64,000 bases of DNA from assembly GCA_951406725.2 (NCBI GenBank), contig OX597828.1:2542001-2606000 (forward strand). Direction: 5' to 3'. Positions 26,454 through 39,600 of this stretch are shown here, piece by piece. The notes under the pieces are model-generated. The model was not told where the DNA came from. It was given only the letters and a program-made list of their open reading frames with translations, and ran no database searches. Made by a program: the position numbers and the translations under genes. Each line of letters begins with the position of its first letter. The stretch's first letter is position 1. The stretch comes from Octopus vulgaris. Its lineage: Eukaryota.

Positions 26454-27274
26454 CCTAAATTATAAGCAAATTGTACTCGAGAACTAGCTGTTCTCGCCTT
26501 TTACCAAAAACATAAAAAAGAGCCCCCGTGTTCAGTTAAAGAAATCAATAACCTACGGCAATTCTGACCTATACTTTGAGACATAGTATATGGTAAATAG
26601 ATAGGAGGAGGAGGAGGAGGAGGAGGAGTACTAAAGGTGTGAGACAAGGATAGTGGAATGGAAAGAAGTGGGTAGCGGTATAGAGTTGGGAGAAAGAAGC
26701 AAGAAGGTTAGGCCGAAGAATAGACGTGATATGGAGACGGGAGAAGAGAGAAGAGGCAGAGTGAAGGGGAGGAGGAAGAAAGAAGAAGACAAAAATGGGG
26801 GGGGGGATAAAAGAAAAGATGGAGTGAGAAAGAGAAAAATGGCGAGATGAAGGGAGATGGAGAGGAAATTTGAAAGACAGTGAGAGGGAGGAGGTGCGCG
26901 CGCGCGCGTGTGTTTGTGTGTGTATGCGTGCGTGTGTGTATGTGTGTGTGTGTGTGTGCGTGTGTGTGTGTAGTCTCCACTTTGTTCTCTGAATGAAAAT
27001 ACAATAGGGTTTTGTTCATGATCGAGACACCGACCGACATTGCTGCTTTCTATTGATCTTGTTGCTGTAGTTTAGCATGCTGCTATTTTGATTATTTCTG
27101 CTGCTGCTGCTGCTATTTTTTGTCGGTGATTATTTTGCCTGCCAGATAGGAATATCGTTGTTGTTTAGCCTCAGGTTATCACTAAACTGAACAGGCCTAG
27201 GATCAAAGCATTCCATCCAAGAGCATCTTGTTATTATTATTTTTTTTTTTCAGGCATGCTATATTTAATATTAT

Positions 27275-27480
27275 AGAGCTGGCAGAATCGTTAACGCTCC
27301 AGGCAAAATGCTTAGTGGTATTTCATCTGTCCTTACGTTCTGGGTTCAAATTCTACCCAGATCGACTTTGCCCTTCATCCTTTCGGGGTAGAGAAAATAA
27401 GTACCTGTTGAGCACTGGGGGCGATGTAAGCGACTTAACCACTCCTCCGAAATTGCTGGCATTGTGCAAAAATTTGTAAT
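27275..27480 (+). mobile_element. SINE family B
   Basis: gagctggcagaatcgttaac..cccttcatcctttcgggg..aaataagtacc. Confidence 0.85.
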
Positions 27481-27533
27481 CATTATTTAATATAAGTCTT
27501 AATTGTTATATTTTTTAAAGATGTTATTCTGTA

Positions 27534-27842
27534 GGCTTATGGCTCAGTGGTTAGAGCGTCAGGATCAATCATGAGGTGGTGAGTTCGATTCCCGGACCGG
27601 GCTGCATGTTGTAAGACACACTTTATTTCACCTTGTTCCATTTCACTCATCCGTAGAAATGAAATGCGACGTCAGTGGCGCCGTGTTGTATCGGCCTTTG
27701 CCTTGGACAACATCGGTGGAGAGGTGAGGCTGGCATGCATGGGTGACTGCTGGTCTTCCATAAACAACTTTGCTTGGACTAGTTCCTCAGAAGGTAACTT
27801 TCTATGTGCAATCCCATAGTCCTTCATGACCGAAGGGGGTAT
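27534..27842 (+). mobile_element. tRNA-derived SINE family C
   Basis: A-box TGGCTCAGTGG and B-box GAGTTCGATTCC, followed by a non-tRNA body. Confidence 0.8.
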
Positions 27843-28164
27843 TTACTCCTCTACTGTGTAATCTAAGGGCGATGTGGCTGCTACTTTGTTCTTTCTAAGA
27901 CAGTGTACAATTTGAAGGACATTTTGCTGCTCTCTCAAGCTGGTGGGGCGACTTCTTAGTGGTTTAGTTGTGTTGTTACTTTTGTACGTGGTGGTGGTAG
28001 CGGTAGTAGTGGTGGTGGTCGTCGTCGTCATGATGATCGCTGCATGGCTGTCGTGTGGGACGCAGTACAGATATTTTCCATGTATGAGTTTTAAGTATTC
28101 ATGTTAATATTTTGTAGATGTCCACATTAATAGTGGTAGCTATATTTCATGTTACTAGTGCCCC

Positions 28165-28537
28165 CTTCTTCCTCTTCTTCTTCCTCTTCTTCTTCTTCCT
28201 CTTTTTCTTCTTCTTCCTCTTCTTCTTCTTCCTCTTTTTCTTCTTCTTGCTCTTCTTCTTCTTCTTCTTCTTCTTCTCCTCCTTCTTCTTCTTCTTCTCC
28301 TCCTCCTCCTCCTCCTTCTTCTTCTTCTTCTTCTCTTCCTCCTTCTCCTCCTTCTCCTCCTCCTCCTCATCATCATTTAAGATGACGTATGTGACGGCAC
28401 TATTGCTATTTCGACTAAAAGATTTCTTTCGTACATTTCCTCCCAACATTTCCCAGACAAACTATTATAAGCTAGAAAAGAGGTCCTCTAGGTGTTCGTC
28501 CAATCTGTTAGGAACACTAACCAAACATCTCTTAAAT
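28165..28537. repeat. (CTT/CCT)n tract plus 162-bp unique segment, copy 1 of a local duplication
   Basis: 28376-28537 matches 31781-31942 with one substitution seen. Confidence 0.9.
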
Positions 28538-29639
28538 TACATTCGATTACCTTAAAAAACCCAGGAAGTTATATTGTAAACTGACTGAAAAGGCCATGGC
28601 TAGAATATCTTTGATCATACATCTACTCAATTGAGTTGACCTGGGGTTAAACAACAACTGCACAACTACCAGTAACATAACATAACTTTAGCTGAGTTCC
28701 TATGCGGATACTCGGTCTACTAGAAATAGCAGTCCAAATCTTCAAATCTCATCCTCCTGTTTTTAAGAAAGGCTTAATATTATTGTCCAGATAAATTATA
28801 TCAGGAAAAATTACAGGACGGCTACTACTGGTGATGCCTTTAGTCAATCAATGTTGACCTAGTGTTAAACGATAATAGCAAAATTTAATGTCCCTATAAC
28901 TACCACAAATGGAGTACCAGGATTCTAAAGCATCTGCAGCACTCTAGAACCAAATGTAATACCATATTATTAATATGAACCACGCACATACACACACACG
29001 CACACACACACGCACACACACACACATCATTATCTTCATTACCCTCAAACACTGTAAAGGTGTGCAACATAGACCGAGTCTGGAGAGAAAATGTAGCGTA
29101 TGTCGAAGAATACAAGCTGCTAGTTGAGTTCCTAGGAATTATAGTTCCATTCCATCAGCACTGATAAAAATTACAGACAACTTCAACATAAATTACTATT
29201 AATTACAATAACAAACAATACCATCAATATAAACCATACAGCGATTGAAAGCGAGTGGGTTGTGGTGGAGGAGTACGTATTGTGGAGAGACAAACGAGTT
29301 TGGTGAATTTGGCAGGAGATCATACGCAATTAGATATATCTGGGAAACAGATGTCGTTGTAGCATAGAAAGAAAAAGTGAGTGGACAGTGGGTCGTTCAG
29401 ATGCGCATTCAGTGAGCGATACTTTGGCAATCACTAGAATGACTTTGGATAGAGTCGAATGCGTAACGGCAGCAACATCGTCTCATATACAGAACCAGCA
29501 TTCCAGACCCACTTGTTTCACTTCGACTTTGTAGAGAGAGTTAGCAAGAGTTTGCAGTTGAAGTATTTTCCTCATTGATTCGTAAAAATTACACAAATAC
29601 GACAACTTTATAACAGGAAATAACAAAATTTTTTCAAAA

Positions 29640-29750
29640 ACGTTAAGAGTAAGCCCTATTCTACGTGACACATTCTACCAGTATCCGAAGTTTCAAAGTG
29701 TTTAGTTAAAAAAATAATTAAAAAATTTGTGCATGAGATGGAACAGATCC
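29640..29750. mobile_element. Partial (one-ended) member of the GGATC Merlin-like family
   Basis: gacacattctaccagtatccgaagtttcaaagtgtttagtta matches the foldback arms; ends gaacagatcc. Confidence 0.65.
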
Positions 29751-30361
29751 TATTTTCTGAACTGAATTTTTTGCAATGTTATGAATGTCAGATTGTTAAA
29801 ATCCGAAGTTTAATCCTCAACTTAACAAACTCTTGGGATTTATTATCGTCGTTTTCTTCCATTTTTCTTTATAGTTGTGGAAATCAGTTAATCCCTTTAC
29901 AAAGCAGAGATTCCAGATATCAGTACTTAATTCAAGTAAATTATGTTAAAATTAATCTTCGGAGAATAAACCTCTCTCTTGAATATACACAAGTCTCTTT
30001 GGAAATACTTGGAGTTTTATACACCAAGAATTAAGTGTCTTACGTTTTTAATATTGTAGCAGTTGTTGCTGTTGTTGCTGCTGCAGCTGCTGTTGTTATT
30101 GTTGCTTCAAATTACACATAATCGACCAAACATATAATCAAAGCCTTTGATCAAAAATAGGTCAGTGTCAGGCTTAGATTAAGTGAGGCCCAAAGCTATA
30201 TAAAGCTTAAAGGACTTTTATTGAAATATTGCACCAGGGGGTATTTGCAAAAACTGAAAGCAACATCTTAAAATCAATTTGAAACTTCTGCGGATTGTAA
30301 AGCCTAAATCCGATACGGATCAAGTTAGTTCAGATGCTCAGACTATCATCTTGGAGGTATT

Positions 30362-30758
30362 CTTTTATTCTTTTACTTGTTTCAGTCATTCGTCTGTGGC
30401 CATGCTGGAACACCGCCTTGAAGGGTTTTTAGTCGAACAAATCGACTCAAAGACCTGTTTTTTGAAGTCTAGTACTTATTGTATCGTTCTCTTTTGCCGA
30501 ACCGCTAAGTTAAAAATACCAGCACCGGTTGTCAAGTGGTGCTAGGGGGACAAACATAGACACAAAGACACGAACACACACACACACATACGACGAACTT
30601 CTTTAAGTGCCCGTCTATCGAATCCATTCACAAGGCTTTAGTCGACCCGAGGCTATAGTAGAAGACACTGGCCCAAGGTGCCACACAGTGGGACTGAGTC
30701 CGGAACCATGTGGTTGGGAAGCAAGTTTTTTACCACACAACCACGCCTGCGCCTATGG
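30362..30758 (-). mobile_element. SINE family A
   Basis: Reverse complement core and tail. Confidence 0.87.
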
Positions 30759-31486
30759 TATCTAAGTCTACGAAAGAGAAAGAAAGACTTAGACATCGGC
30801 AGAAAAAAGGATGACTTAGAAACTGGCTGGGGAAGGAAGGACTTGGGCACCAAGTGAAATTTTAGCTGAGAAAAAGATGAAATGAAAACTGGTTTGGAAG
30901 TTTTTTATAGTTATTTATTTATTTTGTCTCTTTCAACCCTTCCCTGAAAAGACCTAACTCAAGAAGAAGAAAATGGAACAACAAAATGAAATGGAATCAA
31001 CCAGTTAATTCAGTCTTCTTTGTATACTTTGGATTATTTTTAAGGCAGAGTGACAACGAAGAACTCTATTCCCACCTTTCTCTCACACAAACAATCTCTC
31101 TCTCTCTCTCTTTCTCCCTTCCCCTCTCTCTCTGTACACACAAATACAAATACACCAACACCCACTTACATTCATATAGGACTTATGCAAACGTGTAATT
31201 ACAAAACATCCATACACACATAAGTGTGTAGGTCGGTGTGTGAGTGTAAATATATATGTGTGTGCCCGCGCGTGCGTGTGTGTATGTGCGCGTGTGCGTG
31301 TGTATATGTGTATGTATGTATGAATGTTTGTTCGTGTGTTTGTGTATGTGTGTGTGCATATATATATATATACATATATATATAGTATATATATACTTAC
31401 AAATGTGTATATCTATCTATCTGTCTAAAGGAACTATATATGCACGCACACGCACACGACCAAACATCCATCCATACACACATGCA

Positions 31487-31532
<46 letters not shown>

Positions 31533-31637
31533 GAGAGATGTGGGAAGCACCTTCGGTGACGATGATGACGTGCTAAGAGGTATCTTTATAACAGACTTCT
31601 TATGAAAGATATGATTATGGTGATGCTATTGTTGTTG

Positions 31638-32018
31638 TCTTCTTCTTCTTCTTCTTCTTCTTCTTCTTCTTCTTCTTCTTCTTCTTCTTCTTCTTCTCCT
31701 CCTCCTCCTCCTTCTTCTTCTTCTTCTTCTTCTTCTCTTCCTCCTTCTCCTCCTTCTCCTCCTCCTCCTCATCATCATCATTTAAGATGACGTATGTGAC
31801 GGCACTATTGCTATTTCGACCAAAAGATTTCTTTCGTACATTTCCTCCCAACATTTCCCAGACAAACTATTATAAGCTAGAAAAGAGGTCCTCTAGGTGT
31901 TCGTCCAATCTGTTAGGAACACTAACCAAACATCTCTTAAATCTTCTTCTTCTTCTTCTTCTTCTTCTTCTTCTTCTTCTTCTTCTTCTTCTTCTTCTTC
32001 TTCTCCTCCTCCTCCTTC
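31638..32018. repeat. Copy 2 of the 162-bp duplication, embedded between (CTT)n tracts
   Basis: Direct comparison with 28376-28537. Confidence 0.9.
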
Positions 32019-32289
32019 ATATCAGGACTCACGCCGTTAGCTACAAAGAGTAATCTCTAATTCGAGCCTACTCTATTCTACTAAGATTGCGTGTGTCAAC
32101 TTTGAACATCCACCTGCCACATGCGATAGACTGGTGGTTGCACGGGCGCGAAAGCTACGTTGTTATCCTCATTCCGTAAACGGTGGCTTTTAACGGGTGG
32201 AGAGCTGAACCATCCTGGGGTACAGAGGATTCGCAATCTAGATTATGGTCTGAAAGTTTTACCACACCATAGTGGGTTACACCATGGTT

Positions 32290-32500
32290 CCTCTGCTTTG
32301 TGGCAGAAGTAGGAAGAAAGAGTGAGAGAAAGTTGTGGTGAAAGAGTACAGCGGGGTTCGCCACCTCTCCCCGCCGGAGTATCGTGGAGCTTAGGTATTT
32401 TTGCTCAATAAACACTCACAATGCCCGGTCTGGGAATCGAAACCGCATTCTTACGACCGCGACTCCGCTGCCCTAACCACTGGGCCATTGCGCCTCCACT
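32290..32500 (-). mobile_element. tRNA-derived SINE (family D or C-related)
   Basis: Minus strand ggcgcaatggcccagtggttagggc..ggtttcgattcccagaccggg (A and B boxes). Confidence 0.75.
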
Positions 32501-32683
32501 ATTGTTGCTGTTGTCATCGTCGTCATCGCTATTGTTAATGTTGTCGATGTAACTCTTACTAAATATATAAACATATATATATATATATTTCAGATATAAC
32601 AGTATGATGTATCACTTAAGTGTGTTATTACATAATTGTGGAATGCCGACACATATGGACAGAAATATGTAAAGAAAAAAGAG

Positions 32684-33315
32684 AAAGCCGTCAGCCGAGC
32701 CTGCCCGAGGTGCGCGCGGAGTGACGAAACCGTTCTTCACGTTCTCGTCAAGTGCCCGAGCATTGCTGACCTATGAGTTTATGTCGAACACCTACTATCG
32801 CGTGTAGGACGGATCCGGCTGTTAGTTGAATCCATAGTGAAGAATGTCCCGCCGCTATACTTTGACAAGGAAGGGCAAGCAGTTTTTATTTGTCTGCTGG
32901 CTACAGCGAAAGAGGTAGTGTGATGGACACGCTTGAAAGGGCTAAAGACAGACATTTTCCTCTTTGGCCAAGGTCTCATAAACTTATTCAAGTTTCATTT
33001 GAAGAGGAAAGTGAGGGTGGAGAGAGAAGTGTTGCCTTCTAGCAAATTTGTTGAAAGGTGGGTGAATGTCGGGAAAATGGCCAGTGTGTAAGGACCCATT
33101 TTGAGCATGCGCCTGTGAAAAATATAAGAAGGCACCCGTGACGTTTGTGGGTTTTTCCACGAGTAGACTTAAAACGCCTCTCCTTATTAGGAGTTTTATA
33201 TATTTAATTTTCCATGATACTTTTTGTTTACGCGCTTTTCAAGCCTATTTTTATCGTCCTGTCTTTGTCTCTTTATGTAACCTTATGGAAGCCCTTGTGG
33301 TAATGAAAGAATTAA
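32684..33315 (+). pseudogene. Tx1/L1-clade LINE 3' end (ORF2 CCHC zinc knuckle, C-terminus and 3'UTR)
   Basis: Translation RACPRCARSDETVLHVLVKCP..AKEVV*WTR..SKFVERW with in-frame stops; 3'UTR ends gcccttgtggtaatgaaagaatt. Confidence 0.8.
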
Positions 33316-34009
33316 GTATTCTCGGTGGCACCTTCAAGCTTATTATGCTCGTATCGTTTCAATGTCCTTTCAAGACTGTACTTCTCACACAATCTCTAAT
33401 GAACAAACTTAGCTACGTTATCATGCCGCCTTTCGTATTCCTTTTAAGCCTGCAGCGGATAGTTACGACAAGATATGGTGGTAGTTTATATACATATTTG
33501 TTGTTAGAATTGTACACGGCTTCATGAAAAACAACGTCTAATTAATTACAAGAACATCACATTCACCGGAATTGAAAACTTACTGATTGAAATGATCGAC
33601 ATATTGCTGCAAAAATGTATGGCGTTGACTTTTTACCATCTCTGAGTTGGTTTATCGTTTCGAAGGTAACTATCAGGAGGAAAAGCACTGCTTCAAGAAT
33701 AGAGTCATTGAAACCGCTTGAGAGCAGGGTTGTCGTGACTACAGTATGGTAAGTCAAACTCTAGCAGGGACAACACGTCAAATGCAGTTTCTTATAAAGC
33801 CATTGATACAGGAATATTGTAGAATTATCACCGATACACTCGGCTCTCATTGGTTGAAAATGGGAGACGCATGAATCGCATGCGATTGAACATGACAACG
33901 GAAAATGAAATCAACCGCCCCATGCCAATTTGCTACAACACAAAATGTGAGAGTTTTTCATTTGGAACTTGACTCAATGAATTCTCAAAGCTTCTTCCTG
34001 AGCGCTGCA

Positions 34010-34335
34010 AATCCTCAGCGAATCCGTTTAGATGACTTTCCCTTAGTCACCTCCAGCTGTTGGTCTTGTCTTTTCTTTCCATTTCTCTGCTCATGTGGCG
34101 CTTTCACTTTCAATCTTTGCTCTCCGTCTCGTTTCCTAAATTCTTTTGGATGTGTCACATTTTCATTAGGTACCATCTGGCTATTTGAAACAGCAACAAT
34201 CAAAGGTTCAATCTGCTGTCAGACATACCATCCCAGACTGTTATTCTCATTGAAAACAGAGGTCGCGCATCCGCTGAGCCCTCTTCCTCCCTTGTTTCTA
34301 GATACATACAATATATTGACATCGCTTTTAGGGCT
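34010..34335 (-). pseudogene. R4-clade LINE fragment (post-RT region), different family from 42-46 kb
   Basis: PKSDVNILYVSRNKGGRGL..ENNSLGWYV*..EPLIVAV, homologous to HPKADTERLYLPRKEGGRGL. Confidence 0.8.
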
Positions 34336-34344
34336 GTTAATATT

Positions 34345-34435
34345 ATTATGTTTGGCTTTTGCTTTGTTCTTGTACAAGTTGACTCCAATTCTTACTCAGA
34401 GACCTCAAGAGACAACAAATTAGAAGTTCAAGTTG
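34345..34435 (-). mobile_element. Solo 3' terminus of the Dong/R4 family
   Basis: Matches 41975-42060 (tatgtttg..ttgtacaagttg..gacctcaagagacaaca..gaagttc). Confidence 0.85.
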
Positions 34436-35112
34436 CTGTTATTATTATTCAGTGGCCTTATTGTTATTACGAACTTTCACTGCACGACAGAGCGCCTCTC
34501 TGGGTGGCGTAGGTATGAGCAGTGTTTTCTGTTATCTTGTTTTTACTATGTTAAAAAACACTCTACGTAATATACGTGCGGTTACTCGTATTGCTATTTT
34601 CTATATGTTACGTATATTTAAAAATCTAGGGTTTTGATTACGTATTTGGATATTTTCTGGAGCATTCTTTTAATTTAATATACTGCACTCTGTTCATTCA
34701 CAAAACATCCTATATACCTCTCAAGTCATTCTAAGATCTACAACTTATACTGTTCTTCACTCTTGGGGTAACATATAACCGAAACATGTCGGTGTTTGTT
34801 GCTGTACAAAGTACGAACTCACTTCACACTACGATCCATATCGAATACATTTTCATGTCTCCACTCATATATGAAAGACGATAGCTTATCATATATGAGT
34901 GTGCATGTATGTACAAATCTGTGAATGTGTGTGGTGTCTATGTTTCCGTCCAGCATATACATATATATAATACGCACACACACGCACGCACGCACACACA
35001 CATATATATATATATATCTACATACATAATATATATTACATATACATGCATACACGCACGCGCACATATGTAGTTATATATATATGTGTGTGTGTGTGTG
35101 TATGTAATTATG

Positions 35113-35220
<108 letters not shown>

Positions 35221-35376
35221 TCTCATTGGTGTTTATGTGTAAATGAATATATATTTATGCAAATCACTTGTTTAATGTGTGAACGTATTATGTGTGAATG
35301 TTTTTTGTTTTGAATCGATAGAAACCTTATAACCGAAAAAATTAAGAGAATACACTGAATTAAACACAAACACACA

Positions 35377-35418
<42 letters not shown>

Positions 35419-35979
35419 CACACACACACATGCACACACATACACACACATACCCAAACATACCCCCCCCACCAACACACACATCCACCAACACGCACAC
35501 ACACACACGTACTGGTAGGTACACAAACATGCATGCAAATTCACACCCAAGCAAGTACATATACACGCCATCCGTCATATACGACCAACACTTTGTAAAA
35601 ACGACAAAAGTAATGTAAAATAATATGCAAAAATATCAAATCTTTAGAAAAAGAAACTGAATGAGAAAAAAATGCTGCTGAGCTGATGCGGTGAAGTGAA
35701 CCAAGATGGAATAAATGCCAAAAGACTACTTCAATGTCAGAGAATTGAAGAAAATGATTGTTTTGGCTCGGTATGAAGTCAATCTTTTATAGAAATGATA
35801 TATCATCGACTGAATAGACTCCAGTTTGTTGGTTGCTACATAGTGGGAGGCAGAGAGACGACAACATATACTGACTGCATTGCATCTAGTTAGACACCAT
35901 TAACTGCTTCGGTCATCTTTTTTTTTCTTGGATAGTAATAAGGATTTTTAACATAGGCATATGTCCAAATATTTCAAGG

Positions 35980-36220
35980 ACATTTAACTCAGTAACCGAC
36001 TGATCTATCGTCTAACAGTCCTCCCTCCCCATAACTCATGTTAGACTTTTAGCTCAATGACCGACTGATATATCCTCTAACAGTCCTCCCACCTCATAAC
36101 TAACCTCAGATATTTAGCTCAGCGACCGACTGATCTATCTTCCAACACACCCTCCCATAACTATTAGAATTTAATTTCAGAGATCTACTTAGCTATTGTC
36201 TAAACTGTCCTCTCACCTAT
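35980..36220. repeat. ~65-bp minisatellite, 3 copies plus a degenerate fourth
   Basis: ttta(a/g)ctca..accgactgat(c/a)tatc..aaca..cctccc..cataact repeated at ~35981, ~36047, ~36112. Confidence 0.8.
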
Positions 36221-36254
36221 TAAACATGATCTCTAGTAAAAAAAAAATAACTTG

Positions 36255-36620
36255 TGACCTTAAGAACAGAAGGGATGAAAGAAAAATACAGATATAAAAA
36301 CCAGCTTCTTGTCAATAAAGCCACACTGCAAGAGGTCAAATCAAAGAAGAGCATGTCATCTGCATGGATTGACCACAGGAAGGAATTTAATAGCGTAACG
36401 CACTCTAGGGTAGAGAAGAGTCTCAAGAATTATGGTATATACCCAGCAATTATGAAATTTATCACGGAGAACATGAAGGCTTGGAAATCACCTGGACTGC
36501 TACTAAGCATGTAGGTTACTAACATCGAGACCAACCAATATAAGAAATAGAATCTTCCAAGAGGACTTGCGGAGCGTTAATATATATTCTTTTTTGCACT
36601 GCGATATCGCCTTTTTTGAA
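36255..36620 (+). pseudogene. R4-clade RT fragment
   Basis: KNQLLVNK..SAWIDHRKEFNSVTHS..MKAWK, followed by IFQED-like sequence (cf. [29 protein letters not shown]). Confidence 0.8.
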
Positions 36621-39600
36621 TGGGATTCACTTTTCGAGAGAGAATGTATGCGATTCTCTATGTATGCATGTTAATATGTATGTAAATGTATGTATATGCA
36701 TGTGTAGCTAGTGTATGAGTTAGATAATATTTGTGTGACAGCAGTATATTCCAAGCAGTGTACCACTCCTCTTATGTCGGAGATTCATTGTTGGGTGCCG
36801 ATTTAGGCTTTATTGTACCTTGCTAACCCATTGCATTATCAGAGATCGGCAGATGATTAAACTAACCTCCTTAATCCGCCTGTACTTTTATCGACCTCGA
36901 AAAGATAAATGGTTAAGTTGACTTCTGCCAGAAGAAATACAGCAAGATATTTTGTCTGACGCTCTAAAGATTCGACTTCTACATTCCTTAGTGTTTGTTT
37001 TTATGTCTGAAAACCGGTGTTGTTTGTGTTGTGTTTCTTTATATTCGTTACTTAGCGTTTTGATTAATAAAGATTGATAAATCTTCTACGCAGTGAAGTC
37101 GATACGATCGATAAGCCCTCGAAGGTGGTACTCCAGCATGGTTGCAGTTCACTGACTGAAACCATAAAAAGCGTAAAAGAGTAAAATACTCAGTGTGCCG
37201 ACATTTTAAGAAGAACCATGCTGAGAATTAAAAAAAAACGAAACTGCTTGGAGTCTCAATTATGTATCTCTTAAAAAAGAACCCATTTTCTTGGAAACGA
37301 AATTGGAATAATAAACGAGACGTGTCTGGAATTATGAAGTGAACAAACAGTTCAAGCGACAATTAACAAAGCAAATATATGAAGATTCTTTGTCAAATAT
37401 TGAATTTACTTTCTGTACAGTTTTAATTACGTGAGAAATCAAAAAATTTCTCAATCATTGATTTTTGTTTTATCAAGATTTACAAGATTTACAATGTCTT
37501 ATAATGTACGTAGGGGTTCATCGCTGGACCATCATTTAATTCTCAGTTGTTGTAAATAGATTATATGGAGAGTCTACTGTATCGCTGATTGGTGATCCAT
37601 CAGCTTACAGGGTTAAGTATAAATAATCCATGATATTCTGGAAAGATGAAGTTGTACAATAACAACGACTGTAATATAAGTAATTTCGTTATCTGTGACA
37701 CCAATAACTTTAATAGCTTTTCTATTCACCAAAAGCAGTAAAGATTCCTTACTTTAATGTGGGTGAAATTAGAAAATATGATCTTTATGCCTTTGCCATG
37801 AGAATTAGTAGTTAAAAGTTGAGAAATGGCGTCAAACAAGGATTTAAATAGTTTTACAAACTCAGCTTCTCAGAAAGTTAACACTCGTTCAACAGTAGCA
37901 TTTCTATCAACGGCGTCTCCTTAAAAGGTTTCTCTTTTTTTTTTACGATACCATCTGTGTCAACGTAAAAGAAATTAGTTTTTGTAACGTTGATGTTTCT
38001 GCAAAAGGTGTTACCGAAGCAAGTAGAATCGTATGACTTACTCGTATTCTACAGCTCTAATCACACTGAAATTCTCAGGAAATGAAATATTATTGATAGC
38101 AATACGTTTATTTTGACCTTCATATAATATTGATTTTAATAACATAGATGCAGACTGTAAACTATTGACTGTAACATCAGGCTATTACCAGAATCTCATA
38201 GAAATAATAATTGTTGAAGTTTAGCTCATCAATTTGTTTTATTCACATACAGTAGAAATTGTTTTACAAAGTCATTACAGTTATTGACAAAAGAACAGAA
38301 GAATGGTAATTGTCCGGCGCGCGGATCCTGCAACTCATTTTTCTTTCTCAAAAGTATTTATTTTAAATCACCAACGTCAGTAATAGCCATCATAATCGTA
38401 TGACCGTCAAGCAAAAGCTTTCTTTACTTTTCTTATACACTTAAAAACTTAAGCGTATTAAAAACTATTAAGAAACACTAAGGAGTTCAGTAAGTTGAAT
38501 CCTCTATTTGGCTTCACATTTCAGTTGTAACCATTTAATTTCTGTTACGGAAAGTCATGAATATCATCCACTCTCATTTGCCATTTTCCGTTTATTTTCA
38601 AAGCCTTGTTTTGTAACATATGATTTTAAGATCTTCATAGTGTAGTAAAATAGCACAGGAATATTATATAACAATCCCATAGTTTTATTTTATCAGAATT
38701 TCCGAGACGAGGAATAATTATTATACAGCTATATTCGGCCCATTAAGAGAGGACTCAAAAGCAGGTCTACACTTTGGGGAGATATCTCCGTAAAAAAAAA
38801 ATAATAATAAGCCTCATCACCATCATAACTGTGTATATTATATCTTATGTAGTAGTCTCAAGGAATATAAAAGTGTGACCAACCGCTCTCTAAGAGCATG
38901 GCTTGTTAAACCATAATCTGTGAGGAGAAATCAGGCATGGCTGATTAAATTTTGGTGGGAATAATGTCACCAACCATTGTGGAATATCGTCATTGTGGAA
39001 AATATAATTTAAAGAATCTATAACTTAATTTCGATGAACTAAAAAATTTCTAGTGATAAAAGGATGTCACAGAATATACAACATCTAGTGATTCCAATAT
39101 GATTGAGCAACAATGCTAGTGCTATACTTTTAAGGTTTATAATGATATTCTGTAACCCTTTTGAGCATGCGTATTTTTCGATTCTAGTTTCGTACTGTTT
39201 AAGGCAATGCTTATAATATTTCATTTATGTACCGTATTTCTCCCAATGGTGTGGCAACCTCTAATAAACTGACACCGAAACGCCAACCAATTGAAATATA
39301 GTGTGACTGTCACTATGTTAAAAAATGTACGATAAAATCGATAATAATTGTCGTACTTGTTTATTATCATACGGAGAGATACTGAACAGCAGTTAGTATA
39401 TTATAAGCTGTACTACAAAGAATTGTATTTTAAAAAATATTAATGGTATTAATTTTTAGAAAATCATTAGCAAAATCTAAAACACACACCATGCAACGAA
39501 GAGAAGAGGAAAATGCGTAAGACCAAATTCTCGAAGACAGCTGCCATGCCAAACTATCGCTTATTCATTGATTGAATTGAAAATTAACCAATAAAACGCG

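Noticed and set aside
27534-27605. tRNA-like sequence with A and B boxes
   Set aside because: No complete cloverleaf; continues into a SINE body shared with 555-730
30162-30318. hAT-like MITE (cagtgtcaggcttag / ctaaatccgatacgg)
   Set aside because: Weak TIR match and no TSD
33905-34423. 172-aa plus-strand ORF
   Set aside because: Antisense to R4 LINE fragments
34750-34795. Type I hammerhead/Penelope end (ggtaacatataaccGAAACatgtc)
   Set aside because: The CUGANGA box is absent (ctcttgg); at best a dead remnant
35980-36220. CRISPR-like repeat-spacer array (also 50724-50982)
   Set aside because: Whole units are homologous with no unique spacers; eukaryotic context and no cas genes
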